Origin: a phage
Direction: 5' to 3' (one strand)
Sequence record: OZ413487.1
Length of the DNA stretch: 64,000 nt
In this document: positions 20,785-30,634 of the stretch, one piece after another
How positions within the stretch are numbered: position 1 is the first letter of the stretch
Layout of the letters: the number at the start of each line of letters is the position of its first letter
Position numbers and translations under genes: made by a program
Notes under the pieces: model-generated
Databases searched by the model: none
What the model saw: only the letters and a program-made list of their open reading frames with translations
What the model was told of the DNA's origin: nothing

Positions 20785-22266
20785 TTACTTAGCGTACTCG
20801 ATTAATTCCACAGTTTTCCCAAAGCTCGGGATATAATTTTTATTATACCCTTCGGTGAGAACCCATAAAGTATCGTACTTTTTCCACTTGTTGTCAACAG
20901 CCTTTTGTTCAAAGTTATGCTCAAAGTATAGGTCGGTCAGGACGATGACATCTTTTGCATTTGGTATGTTGGCATCCAGATACTCGAACACGCAAGCAGC
21001 TGTTGTGCCCCATGTTGAGTGGACCTCATAGTTAATCATCTCATCGATGTTACCGCGAGTGTATACTTTAACCTCTCCAACCTCCGTTGACCAACAGAAC
21101 ATAGTAACCTTAAACTCTTTATACAAATTGCACAACCCGGTGATCTCATTGAACATTTTCTTTAAAGTTCTTTGTGAGATCGACCCAGAAACGTCTAAAG
21201 CCACTACAATATCTATAGTGTTTTCCGGATTACGACCAGGAACAATAACGTGTTGATTCTTGTTTATAGCTCCAACTTTTCGCATTGTGGTGGTCAAAGA
21301 CCCAGATCGGCGACCAGGTTTTCTGTAGGTTAACTCAGCCTTTCTTTTAGATAACATACGTTGCTTAATAATATCTATATAATTGATTACAGGCTTGCCT
21401 CTGTTTTTGACAAACTCGCGCACCGCCTCGGGGCAACGACCTCCTGAAGCTTGCATTGCTGCTTCCAACATGTCACCAGAGTCCTGCATGGCCTGATCTT
21501 TGTCAGATTGACTGATTACTGGTTGCGGCTGATCATACCCCATAGCCTTTCCAAGATCATCACTAGTGCCACCGTTCCCGCTCATGTGATCATCGGTTTG
21601 TCGTTTATCTCCTTGGGAGTTCTCACCTTTACCGTTCTTACTTTTACCGTTATTCTGATCTCTTTGCTTATCAAGAACTGCATAGACGTTCTCAGCAATC
21701 CATCCATGAAACCTCATGTCGCAGTAGCAATTAGCTAAGAAGCCAAAAGGCTTACCTTTTACGAACTCAGTGCTTTTCCCCTTCGGGAAGAAAACACAAG
21801 GAGGCTTACTAAAGTCAACCACAAGACCTGTGTTGATAACGTGATCACAAGCAATATTGAACAGTTCCGGCTCAAAGCTTTTACCACGGACCAGATGATC
21901 ACAGATAATATGCCCCACCTCATGTGACAGAAGAAAGGCCACCTCTTTCACAGATTTTGGGGAATAGAAAACCTCAGCCATCTCAAACTGCTTGTCAGTC
22001 AGAGATGCTTTAAGAATGGTTTTACGCTCATCCGCCAACCCCATAATGAACTCAGGGCTGTAGTAGATGCGTTTATGGTCGGTTGCCATGGTGGAGCACC
22101 ATGTGTGGTTTTCTACGAACTGCAACCCTGACAGTAGTGTGCCATAAAACGGCAGCTTTTCAAGGAGATACATACGTGCAGCCTGCAACATTCTCAGGGC
22201 ATCATCTTTCTGTGAGGCAATGATTTCTGAACTTCTGCTATCCATTAAAACTCCAGAAGGGGCCAT
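20785..22266 (-). CDS. VWA-domain protein with N-terminal HExxH metallopeptidase-like domain
   Basis: HExxH motif (LSHEVGHIICDH) in the N-terminal half and a MIDAS-type DxSGS motif (VVALDVSGSIS) in the C-terminal von Willebrand A-like half. Confidence 0.65.
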   Translation of the reverse strand: MAPSGVLMDSRSSEIIASQKDDALRMLQAARMYLLEKLPFYGTLLSGLQFVENHTWCSTMATDHKRIYYSPEFIMGLADERKTILKASLTDKQFEMAEVFYSPKSVKEVAFLLSHEVGHIICDHLVRGKSFEPELFNIACDHVINTGLVVDFSKPPCVFFPKGKSTEFVKGKPFGFLANCYCDMRFHGWIAENVYAVLDKQRDQNNGKSKNGKGENSQGDKRQTDDHMSGNGGTSDDLGKAMGYDQPQPVISQSDKDQAMQDSGDMLEAAMQASGGRCPEAVREFVKNRGKPVINYIDIIKQRMLSKRKAELTYRKPGRRSGSLTTTMRKVGAINKNQHVIVPGRNPENTIDIVVALDVSGSISQRTLKKMFNEITGLCNLYKEFKVTMFCWSTEVGEVKVYTRGNIDEMINYEVHSTWGTTAACVFEYLDANIPNAKDVIVLTDLYFEHNFEQKAVDNKWKKYDTLWVLTEGYNKNYIPSFGKTVELIEYAK

Positions 22267-22278
22267 TGGCCCCTGTCA

Positions 22279-23322
22279 TTATTTAACGTGTTTGAAAATA
22301 CCTGCCAACTCGGTCATTGTCATGCGGGTGGTCTTCATAAGATCTGTCATAGCTTTCTCCATAATTGGAGATACTACCATAAAGTTTCCTTTAGTGAAAC
22401 CTTTATTCCAGTCGGTCACCAACAGTGGTTTAAGTCCAGCTCTGAGACGTTCACCAGTTAAAGCACAGCATTTGCGAATATACGAACTCTTAAATTGGCT
22501 GAACGACAGATCAACTTTCATACCTGCATCGTAGAACGTTTGACAATAGAAAGTGTAAGCCTTAGCAATCTCAACATCATCAGGCAGTGCAGGAACCTCT
22601 TCTGCAATCCCCTCTTCGACCTCCTGAGGCTCTTTTTCCTCTTCAGAGTTCTGTTCTTCAACTTCTTCTGTCACAGTCTCGTTCACGATGTCTGAAATGT
22701 GTTTGTTGGCTGCACGATCAGCCATGAAATTTTTAAAGTCCTGCATTGGTGACATATCTTCTTCCTCTTCGTCAAATAGTGCTAGTTTATCTTCTTCTGT
22801 CCCGTATTGCAAGATGAAATCTTCAAAAGTATAATAACCTTTCAATTTCTCCATACGCTCTTCGCTCAGGTGGAGCATCATCTGCTGGACAATTTTTCGA
22901 TCAGTTTTGTCTTTAATCAGGATTGCAGTCTTTTTATCTACCAGACAGTCTTTCAGAGCATTGCACCTCAACCCTACCACACAACAATTGTCAATTGCGT
23001 AAGGACCTTCATCATCTATACGCTCCAAAGATGGGTAGAAAGGATTCCCCAGCCCGTTTTCATCTGTGTGCATGTCAAAAGGTATAAGGGTATAGTCGCA
23101 TACTCCATCTCCTAAAAGTTTTTTACCAAATAGGAGGTATTCTTCCCATGACAGGTCGAACTCTATATCTCGTTTCCGTGCGTTATTCTGTTTGCGTCTA
23201 TATTTTTTGAGCAAGCGCTCTAACTCTTCTGGTGTATAATATTTTTCAAGATTCATGAGTCGTCTCTCGTGCTCTGTAAGTGAAGAAATCGTATCAATTG
23301 TCTCAACAGATGTCAACATCAA
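22279..23322 (-). CDS. HNH-like domain protein with acidic linker (degenerate endonuclease or regulator)
   Basis: Segment GVCDYTLIPFD ... SLERIDDEGPYAIDNCCVVGLRCNALK resembles an HNH core with the usual His replaced, followed by a strongly acidic central linker. Weak assignment. Confidence 0.35.
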   Translation of the reverse strand: MMLTSVETIDTISSLTEHERRLMNLEKYYTPEELERLLKKYRRKQNNARKRDIEFDLSWEEYLLFGKKLLGDGVCDYTLIPFDMHTDENGLGNPFYPSLERIDDEGPYAIDNCCVVGLRCNALKDCLVDKKTAILIKDKTDRKIVQQMMLHLSEERMEKLKGYYTFEDFILQYGTEEDKLALFDEEEEDMSPMQDFKNFMADRAANKHISDIVNETVTEEVEEQNSEEEKEPQEVEEGIAEEVPALPDDVEIAKAYTFYCQTFYDAGMKVDLSFSQFKSSYIRKCCALTGERLRAGLKPLLVTDWNKGFTKGNFMVVSPIMEKAMTDLMKTTRMTMTELAGIFKHVK

Positions 23323-23329
23323 AAACGTG

Positions 23330-23358
23330 TTGACTTTACTCTAACTCTACAATATAGT
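23330..23358 (+). promoter_or_regulatory. sigma70-type promoter (TTGACT-N17-TATAGT)
   Basis: Lies in the divergent intergenic region, upstream of the 23399 gene, with RBS AGGAG. Confidence 0.6.
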
Positions 23359-23398
23359 GCACCCATTCGAAAGAAAACTAACATAGGAGCACTTACTT

Positions 23399-24298
23399 AT
23401 GGCAAATCTTAACAGTTTTAGTACGCGGTGGAAACAGGACATAACAACCAATCTTTCAGCTGGGGACATCCTTTCTGCAATTTACGAGGCTTTAGATGAT
23501 AAAGCTACTTCAAAAGCGGTTTGTACCAACCCGCTAATTCCTGTAGTGATGAAGGTTATTGAGCGTAGATTGGTATCTGGGTCTGATAAGTGGACATATT
23601 TAGATAATGAAGGACACACCTATTCCAATGGGTACGTCGATATAAAAGTAGAATACGCGGTATCATACCGCCGGAGCGGTTCTGTAACTTTCAACTTCTC
23701 TGGAGGTTTTCGATCTCTGGCTACCTCACCTTTTGTTTCCTCAGAGGAGAAGTATGAGCTGCCATTTCTTTGGATGATGGCTAACGCGACAGGAAAAACC
23801 CCCGTTAGCATCCGAGTAAAATACAACTACAACGGATCTAGTAAGATCTATGCCGAAAGTGTCTCAGCAAGTTTTTATTTTGTGATGGGGGATGGAATCC
23901 TCAAACATATAAAGATGTGCGATATGCATGATGTTATAAATGAAGTGACTGATAAGAATGTTCTAGTGAAAGACCTCAACAATTTTTATACACCCGGAGA
24001 CTATTACGTCAGCCGTCCACTGTGCATCTTTAATGCCGCACACCCTCTAGGTGAGTATTTGATCGCCAATAGCGATATTGCCAATAACCGCTTCGAGGTA
24101 GCAAGAGTTCAGAATGAGGTATTGACATCTTGCAAGAGCGGTGATAAGTTTACCGAAGAAGAGATGGGTGTTTTAGAAATGATGGGATATAAGTGTAGCC
24201 TTTGGGTAGATGAGGTGTTTAATGATTGCATCTATGGACAGGATATTTACCCATTAAAGAAGTATACTGATACAAGTTTAATTTATGCAAGGGTTTGA
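23399..24298 (+). CDS. hypothetical protein (299 aa)
   Basis: ORF with RBS TAGGAGCA; first gene of the plus-strand block. Confidence 0.6.
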   Translation: MANLNSFSTRWKQDITTNLSAGDILSAIYEALDDKATSKAVCTNPLIPVVMKVIERRLVSGSDKWTYLDNEGHTYSNGYVDIKVEYAVSYRRSGSVTFNFSGGFRSLATSPFVSSEEKYELPFLWMMANATGKTPVSIRVKYNYNGSSKIYAESVSASFYFVMGDGILKHIKMCDMHDVINEVTDKNVLVKDLNNFYTPGDYYVSRPLCIFNAAHPLGEYLIANSDIANNRFEVARVQNEVLTSCKSGDKFTEEEMGVLEMMGYKCSLWVDEVFNDCIYGQDIYPLKKYTDTSLIYARV

Positions 24299-24573
24299 CT
24301 ATGATGAAGGCATGTGGTAATGTATATTACGTCGGTGAACATGTTCAGGCAGACAGTGTGTGGAAATCTATTAAGTCCACCACTGACGATGCCTTTCTGA
24401 GTGGACTATGTTTCCCCAATCCGGGAGACATCCTCCCTCATCCTGGAGATTTTGTTGTCAACAAGATGGACGGTTATACCGTGTGCCTGATGGTTGAAAA
24501 AATCTTTTTAGACACTAGACACAATCACCGTCTTGTGTTAAAATTTCAAGAATGTAAAATGACAATTGCCTAA
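24295..24573 (+). CDS. hypothetical protein
   Basis: 92-aa ORF coupled to its neighbours. Confidence 0.5.
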   Translation: MTMMKACGNVYYVGEHVQADSVWKSIKSTTDDAFLSGLCFPNPGDILPHPGDFVVNKMDGYTVCLMVEKIFLDTRHNHRLVLKFQECKMTIA

Positions 24574-24586
24574 GGAGACCTTACCG

Positions 24587-24943
24587 ATGTCTAAAGTTAC
24601 TTATCGTGCAGCTATTTACTGCAATGAACACCCAATCAACAATGATGGTCACTGCCTTTTTAAAGAAAATCAGTTGGGATGTATTGTCCTCCCTGATGAA
24701 GGGAAAGGTTATCTGATTGCATTGACAGGGTTTGAACCTGAAGCTCTGGAAGCCAATCTGGACTACCTGGTAGAAGAGGGTGCTGCAGACCTGGTTGCCA
24801 ATGGCTTCTCCATAAGCCTTGACGAAGTGGAGCGCTTCATGGGCAATTACCGTGTAGTGCGTGAGTTTACTATCGAGGTGGAAACTCCAGAGTGGGGTAG
24901 CCATGAAACTAATGCCGAAGAAAAAGAAGAGGAGGTAGAATAA
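24587..24943 (+). CDS. hypothetical acidic protein
   Basis: ATG at 24587 with RBS AAGGAGA; the track start at 24566 is a TTG inside the RBS region. Confidence 0.55.
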   Translation: MSKVTYRAAIYCNEHPINNDGHCLFKENQLGCIVLPDEGKGYLIALTGFEPEALEANLDYLVEEGAADLVANGFSISLDEVERFMGNYRVVREFTIEVETPEWGSHETNAEEKEEEVE

Positions 24944-25200
24944 TGAAAGTGCAGATCTTGACTAATGCCGAGAAGATGTTTATTGAAGATACACCTTTTG
25001 AAGCTGGTGAGCTCCAGTTCATTTATTTTGTTGACTTAGATAAGGTGTTCCCTGCACTGAATCTTGGTCTGGATGAAGTTCCTCATAAGGTTTTGTGCCA
25101 AGTTGTTCGTGCATTAGCGGCAGATGGGGAGTTCCACACCCTTGAAGATGTCCAGACCTACGGGTATCTTGAACTACAACGAGAAGAAGAGGTGGACTGA
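24943..25200 (+). CDS. hypothetical protein
   Basis: 85-aa ORF with ATGA overlap. Confidence 0.5.
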   Translation: MKVQILTNAEKMFIEDTPFEAGELQFIYFVDLDKVFPALNLGLDEVPHKVLCQVVRALAADGEFHTLEDVQTYGYLELQREEEVD

Positions 25201-25202
25201 TA

Positions 25203-25583
25203 ATGGCCCGGTGGAAGACAACAGTTGACCTTCATGATCAGTGGTTAGGACGCATCACTGAAGACGGGAAGCTAGTGGAGTGGGACAATAAGCATGTTAG
25301 CGAGTTGGCAAGTATTGTGGCTGGCAAGTTACGCTCCAAGTTCCCTGAACAACTGGATCCTGATAGTTCAAAGTTCGATCCTGAGTTGGAGGATGTTGTA
25401 TACTACTTCGACACCGTTGATGACTACGACGCGTGGTTTGCAGCACGGGAGCTTTACCCACAAGGCTCTGCTATGCGTCAGATGGAAGAAGATTATCCTC
25501 CGTGTGAGCAATTCAATAGTGCAATGACTTGCCTCTATGATTGGGCAGATAAGAACCTTGTCTGGATTCGGACTGCATTTTAG
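25203..25583 (+). CDS. hypothetical protein
   Basis: 126-aa ORF. Confidence 0.5.
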   Translation: MARWKTTVDLHDQWLGRITEDGKLVEWDNKHVSELASIVAGKLRSKFPEQLDPDSSKFDPELEDVVYYFDTVDDYDAWFAARELYPQGSAMRQMEEDYPPCEQFNSAMTCLYDWADKNLVWIRTAF

Positions 25584-25627
25584 TGGGCAGGAATGGCGGC
25601 AAGGATGCTGCTTAAGGAGTAGTAGAG

Positions 25628-25897
25628 ATGTTATACCAGCAATATGAACTTCGTGCAGAAAAAGAGTTAAATTTTGACAAAGATATTCACAGATATTATT
25701 ATGGGAAAGTTAGAGGGCAAGCAAGAAAGTGTACTCCAACACTCTTTTATGCCAGCAGACGACTAGCGCCAGAAGAGGCAACAGCAGAAAGGGTTGCGTA
25801 CAACTGGAGAGTCACGTATGATATTGACAGATCCGATGTGATATCTGTTTTGGAAAACTTTGAAAACACTTACACACAAGTAGAGGACTTTTACTAA
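25628..25897 (+). CDS. hypothetical protein
   Basis: 89-aa ORF with RBS AAGGAG. Confidence 0.5.
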   Translation: MLYQQYELRAEKELNFDKDIHRYYYGKVRGQARKCTPTLFYASRRLAPEEATAERVAYNWRVTYDIDRSDVISVLENFENTYTQVEDFY

Positions 25898-27081
25898 TGT
25901 CAAGAAACGTATTCGAAAGTGGTCAAATCACTGTCCGTGAGTTGCCAGCTATTATTCAGTTTGCCCAACGTCATAGCCGATCTGTCCTAATTTTGGGACC
26001 AATGGGTGTGGGTAAAAGTCAGGTGATGAAGCAGATCGCTGATAATATGTTCGGTGAGCGAGATGACAACCTTGTTGACGTGCGACTGTCAGATAAAGAT
26101 CCTGCCGACTTATCTGGGCTACCTATCCCTGTAGAGGCGGATGGAACTACACGTACAGTGTTTGCAATTCCAGAATTTTGGCCTGCGGATCCTGACTGGA
26201 GCGGAATTATCTTTCTGGATGAGCTCACTCATGCAGATAACTACCTGCAAAAGGTTGCAATGCAAATTATGCTTGACCACAAGTGCGGTACCTATGCATT
26301 CCCTAAGGGTTCTGTTTTTGTGGCTGCTGGTAACCGTTCTACAGATGGTGCGGTTCTTTCGGCGCTCGAAGCCCCTCTGGCTAACCGTTTTATCATTGTA
26401 GAGGTTACAAGCAATGCAGAGGTGTTTATTGAGGACTACGCATTCCTTAATGGGGTGCACTCCTCTGTAATTGGATATCTGAAAAGAGTTCCATCAGCTA
26501 TCGATAATTATGAGGCCATGGCTGAGATTAATTGTCCATCTTTTGCCACACCGCGATCTTGGGTTGCTGCATCTGATATCTTGCACGATTTTGACAGCGG
26601 TATTATTTCTGACGCTATGGCCCGTGTTCTTCTGCAAGGTGCTATTGGTCACACTGCAGCGGTAGAGATCTGGACATACCACACCAAGAAACGCAATTTA
26701 CCTGAAATCGGTCGGATTATGGCAGGTGGTTGCAAAGAATACGTAGGTCCTAAGCAGCCAGACATTTTGTGGATTCTTGGATCTGAAGGTTGTATCGCTA
26801 TTCGTAATATGATGGAAAATGCAAGTATCTCAGACGAAGATCTTGTCAGCTGCGTGGCAAACTTCCTCGATTTCCTTTGGGAAAACTTCAAGGACGAGAA
26901 CCGAGATTTTGTATTCTCAGTCTTTATGGCGATGATGAAACCTAATGCCTTAGGAAATGCCTTGCTTATCGGCAAAGGGCGTGACAAGATTGTTGCTCAG
27001 CTGATCAAAGCATACCCAAACCTGATGAAGATTGTAAAAGAGTTTGGTGAAGAGTTTAGCGCCATTTTGGCTAAAGCTTAA
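25897..27081 (+). CDS. MoxR-like AAA+ ATPase (AAA_5 / CobS-like)
   Basis: Walker A (LILGPMGVGKSQ), Walker B (IIFLDELTHAD) and a sensor-1-like AAGN segment, in a 394-aa protein. Confidence 0.65.
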   Translation: MSRNVFESGQITVRELPAIIQFAQRHSRSVLILGPMGVGKSQVMKQIADNMFGERDDNLVDVRLSDKDPADLSGLPIPVEADGTTRTVFAIPEFWPADPDWSGIIFLDELTHADNYLQKVAMQIMLDHKCGTYAFPKGSVFVAAGNRSTDGAVLSALEAPLANRFIIVEVTSNAEVFIEDYAFLNGVHSSVIGYLKRVPSAIDNYEAMAEINCPSFATPRSWVAASDILHDFDSGIISDAMARVLLQGAIGHTAAVEIWTYHTKKRNLPEIGRIMAGGCKEYVGPKQPDILWILGSEGCIAIRNMMENASISDEDLVSCVANFLDFLWENFKDENRDFVFSVFMAMMKPNALGNALLIGKGRDKIVAQLIKAYPNLMKIVKEFGEEFSAILAKA

Positions 27082-27090
27082 GGGGGTTGT

Positions 27091-27471
27091 ATGGCTAAAG
27101 TAGGTAAGCGGGGAAACTGCCTGGTGGTATTGACCGAGGAGCCGGAGAAGGAGTACGAATGCAGCTCCACTTGCGTGATCGATATCCGAGAAAAAGATGT
27201 AGATGAAATCTGGTTTAAAATATTGGACGCTTGCGACAGCAGTGATTATTTCTTCATCTATGTCAACGATAAGGCTGGGTTCTTCCATGACGACGGAGAG
27301 TTGCCGTATGAAATCTATGAACTTGTAGAGGCTTGCCATCGTGGAGATGCGGAGTTGTTTGGCTTACGGCTGAAAAGCGGTAAATTCTTCTATCAAGATG
27401 AGTGCATGAATCTTCATAACTTTGTAGAGGGAACTTGCAACGATGGAGAGATTTTGGCACACTATGATTAA
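27091..27471 (+). CDS. hypothetical acidic protein
   Basis: 126-aa ORF followed by a terminator. Confidence 0.5.
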   Translation: MAKVGKRGNCLVVLTEEPEKEYECSSTCVIDIREKDVDEIWFKILDACDSSDYFFIYVNDKAGFFHDDGELPYEIYELVEACHRGDAELFGLRLKSGKFFYQDECMNLHNFVEGTCNDGEILAHYD

Positions 27472-27479
27472 TTTCTAAG

Positions 27480-27511
27480 ACCTCCCCCGCTTCGGCGGGG
27501 ATTTTCTATTT
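27480..27511 (+). terminator. rho-independent terminator (CCCCGC-UUCG-GCGGGG)
   Basis: Same hairpin core as the terminator at 1125, followed by ATTTTCTATTT. Confidence 0.7.
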
Positions 27512-27520
27512 GGAGTTATT

Positions 27521-28021
27521 GTGAAAATTAAGATCTTTGCTATTATTTTGAGCGCATTTTTATCGCTGCCTGTTGTTGCAGCACCAAAACAAAAAGTATA
27601 CCATACTTGCAAGCCATCAGATACTAAGGAAAACATTCTAGCATGCAATATCTACAGGGAAGCTAGAGGGGATGGCACGATGGGTATGCTGGCATCTGGG
27701 TTTGCCACCCTAAACAGGAAATCTCACCCCAAATACCCAGACACCATAAGAAAGATTGTCTACCAACCTAACCAGTTTTCGTGGACAAACCACGGCAAAA
27801 CTTTTAAGGTGACAGAAAAAGATTCATGGGATCACGCTAAAAGTCTTGCAAAGATGCTTCTAAAGGTCTATAATAACAACCATGTTGCATACATGGCTAT
27901 GGACATAACAGGTGGAGCAACACACTACCATACAACCAAAGTACGACCGAAATGGGCAAAAAAGATGCAGAGGACAGCTCAATTCGGGAGTCATATCTAC
28001 TACAAGGAGCGCAATAAATGA
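27521..28021 (+). CDS. secreted cell-wall hydrolase, SleB / Hydrolase_2-like
   Basis: N-terminal signal-peptide-like segment (MKIKIFAIILSAFLSLPVVAAP) and motifs NIYREARGDG ... VYQPNQFSW matching the spore-cortex-lytic / cell wall hydrolase family pattern. Confidence 0.6.
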   Translation: MKIKIFAIILSAFLSLPVVAAPKQKVYHTCKPSDTKENILACNIYREARGDGTMGMLASGFATLNRKSHPKYPDTIRKIVYQPNQFSWTNHGKTFKVTEKDSWDHAKSLAKMLLKVYNNNHVAYMAMDITGGATHYHTTKVRPKWAKKMQRTAQFGSHIYYKERNK

Positions 28022-28563
28022 TTGTAAACAGTAATGAAACTAAAGCAGTACTAACCGGAAATATGGAGGTCACCAGGGGCTCAATTTCTCTGAACAAAGA
28101 GACTTTTGGGCTAATCATTAAAGGGATTTACGAAGATAAGGTGCTGGCAAGCTGCCGTGAACCAATCTTCAATGCTGTGGACTCTCATGTTGAGTCTGGA
28201 CGGGGTGATGTACCGATCATCATTCACTCCCCTACAGACCTTGAACCATACTTCTTTGTGCAGGACGTTGGATTGGGTATGTCAGAAGAGATGGTCCGCA
28301 ACACTTTCATGAACCTCGGGGAGTCAACCAAGCGCAACAGCAACGCTCTGGTAGGTAATAAAGGTGTAGGTTCAAAGGCCCCGTTCAGCATGGTTGACCC
28401 TGCAGATGTGGTTAGTGTGCCATACCAACACAATAGCGCCAAGTGCCGTGCATGCCGCTATGAGATTGTGGTAGCTCCGGAAGCACGCAAAGATGGAGAC
28501 CCTATTGAATATGTAGTTGATCGTGACGGTAACACTATCGACATTCTTTACGAGGAGGCGTAA
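28018..28563 (+). CDS. small GHKL-fold (histidine-kinase-like ATPase) protein
   Basis: Bergerat-fold boxes in canonical order: N-box EPIFNAVD, G1 DVGLGM, G2 GNKGVGS. Confidence 0.4.
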   Translation: MIVNSNETKAVLTGNMEVTRGSISLNKETFGLIIKGIYEDKVLASCREPIFNAVDSHVESGRGDVPIIIHSPTDLEPYFFVQDVGLGMSEEMVRNTFMNLGESTKRNSNALVGNKGVGSKAPFSMVDPADVVSVPYQHNSAKCRACRYEIVVAPEARKDGDPIEYVVDRDGNTIDILYEEA

Positions 28564-29933
28564 TGGAAAAAGGGCAGTATGATGTAGGCACAGATGCTGC
28601 CCTCGTTGCAATCATGAGCGGTGAGAATGTCTTCGTTTCAGGACCTGCAGGTTGTGGGAAGACGTATCTCATCAACATGATCCAGTCGATGTATGGAGAC
28701 TCTTGCATAACGGTTGCCCCGACAGGGGTAGCCGCTTTAAACGTTAATGGAGCAACAGCACACCGAACCTTCGATCTTGCAGCAGGTGTGAGCATGGAGT
28801 CAGACTGGACCGCAATAAGGGCAAAAACAGCAAAGCCTTTGAAAAGCAAGGCATTTACCATCCTAATTATCGATGAAATCTCTATGATCCGTGCTGATAA
28901 GTTTATAGAGATGGATAGGAAACTCCGCTTCCTTCGAAAAAATGACAAACCTTTCGGAGGCATACAGGTCATATTGTTTGGCGATTTTTACCAGGCACCT
29001 CCTGTTGTCTCTTCTATGGAGAAGGAAGCCTACTTCAACTTCTACCATACGGACCTGTGTTGCTATACCGAATCTTGGAAAGAGCTTGACCTCCACAACA
29101 TAGCCCTAATAGATCAGTTCCGACAGGAGTCTATTCGATTTGCCACAATGCTCAACTGTGTTCGTGAGGGTCGTCGCATAAAAGAGGTTGTAGCAGAACT
29201 TAATGCTCGCTGTTACAAAGGAGGTGTACCAACAGATGCTCTCACAATTTGCGCCACCAACAAACAAGCAGAGGAAGTGAACAGAAGGTTCTATGATGCC
29301 ATCAACGCCCCAGAGAAGGTATACACTGGTGAAATGAAGGGTAAGTTTCCCTCCACCCTGCCAGTTGAGCAGGAGATGAAGTTGAAAATTGGCATGAAAG
29401 TTATGATAACCGCCAACGATGTTGACCCGACGCACAAAGTACCTTATTATGTTAACGGAACACGTGCCACAATTGTTAAATTTAAGAACAAGGCGGTGGT
29501 GGTAGAGCTTGAAGATGGAACACAGGTTGACATAGAGCAGAGGTTGTGGGAGAATAACGAGTATAAGCCATCTCAGAGATACAACATTGCAGAAAGGAAG
29601 ATGGAGAAGTTTATAGAGAGGGTAGTGATTGGGTCATACAGGCAACTTCCTCTGAAATCTGGGTATGCCGTAACATCTCATAAAAGTCAAGGACTTACGC
29701 TAGATTGTTACAACCTGGACCTTGGAAAGAACGGAGCTTTCTCTCCTGGGATGACGTATGTTGCTTTGAGTCGGGTTAAGACAATACAAGGAATAAACTT
29801 GTTGCGTCCACTAAGAGAAGTTGACATTATTGTTGACCCGCGAGTCGTAGAGTTTTACAATACAACATTCCCTGACTTAGACAAAATTGTCAGGAAAGAT
29901 TTTGAAACCAGAGCCGAAGAGGGGGACGTATGA
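28563..29933 (+). CDS. dda: Dda-like SF1 DNA helicase (RecD/Pif1-like)
   Basis: Walker A SGPAGCGKT, Walker B ILIIDEISM, C-terminal SHKSQGLT ... YVALSRVK motifs and a size (456 aa) comparable to T4 Dda. Confidence 0.7.
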   Translation: MEKGQYDVGTDAALVAIMSGENVFVSGPAGCGKTYLINMIQSMYGDSCITVAPTGVAALNVNGATAHRTFDLAAGVSMESDWTAIRAKTAKPLKSKAFTILIIDEISMIRADKFIEMDRKLRFLRKNDKPFGGIQVILFGDFYQAPPVVSSMEKEAYFNFYHTDLCCYTESWKELDLHNIALIDQFRQESIRFATMLNCVREGRRIKEVVAELNARCYKGGVPTDALTICATNKQAEEVNRRFYDAINAPEKVYTGEMKGKFPSTLPVEQEMKLKIGMKVMITANDVDPTHKVPYYVNGTRATIVKFKNKAVVVELEDGTQVDIEQRLWENNEYKPSQRYNIAERKMEKFIERVVIGSYRQLPLKSGYAVTSHKSQGLTLDCYNLDLGKNGAFSPGMTYVALSRVKTIQGINLLRPLREVDIIVDPRVVEFYNTTFPDLDKIVRKDFETRAEEGDV

Positions 29934-30271
29934 GTTTGTGGAGAAATATCGTTAACTACGTGTGCGGCAATCCAACTCCTGAAGAGAAGGATGTTGTGAT
30001 TCACGATTTTACTAAAAGATCTCGTGAAAAAGATCTACTGCTAACAAAGGTGACTGATAAAGATCCTGCAGTAGGGGACTGGGCAGGTTTTGCGTTTACA
30101 TCGGACAAATACACCTTTAACAAAGGTGACTACCTTGTTGTGGATTTTAACGAAGACATTGAGGGTGCTGAACCTTACTATCAAACCCTTATTGTTGCAG
30201 GGTGTGTTGATCTCTCTGCAGGCATGCACAGTTTGATTCTTTTTGAGCTTGACTCTGAAGACCTTGAGTAG
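29930..30271 (+). CDS. hypothetical protein
   Basis: 113-aa ORF with ATGA coupling. Confidence 0.5.
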   Translation: MSLWRNIVNYVCGNPTPEEKDVVIHDFTKRSREKDLLLTKVTDKDPAVGDWAGFAFTSDKYTFNKGDYLVVDFNEDIEGAEPYYQTLIVAGCVDLSAGMHSLILFELDSEDLE

Positions 30272-30331
30272 TAAGATGTGAGTATAAAGGGGAGGCACTC
30301 CTCCCCACAAAAACTAAGGAAGCACTAAACG

Positions 30332-30634
30332 ATGAAACGTTATAAACCATACACTTTTGAAATCGATTTCGAACTTGACGATATGTTTACTGTGGAAGCT
30401 CAGGCAGTAGTTCAGTTGCCAGATCCGGAGTGCCGGGATTCTGATGTTGACTGTTACGGATTTAGACAAATCACCGATGTGCATGTTTACCACAACGGTG
30501 AAGAGGTGGACTTCCACCAACTGCCAAACGATATGCGCCACTCAATTTACAAACGTGCAGCCCGTGAACTAGAGTCCTATCTGGATGCAGCGACGACAGC
30601 AGCTGCATTTGCTGAAGAAGTGGGAGGTTTCTGA
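30332..30634 (+). CDS. hypothetical protein
   Basis: 100-aa ORF with RBS AAGGAAG. Confidence 0.5.
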   Translation: MKRYKPYTFEIDFELDDMFTVEAQAVVQLPDPECRDSDVDCYGFRQITDVHVYHNGEEVDFHQLPNDMRHSIYKRAARELESYLDAATTAAAFAEEVGGF

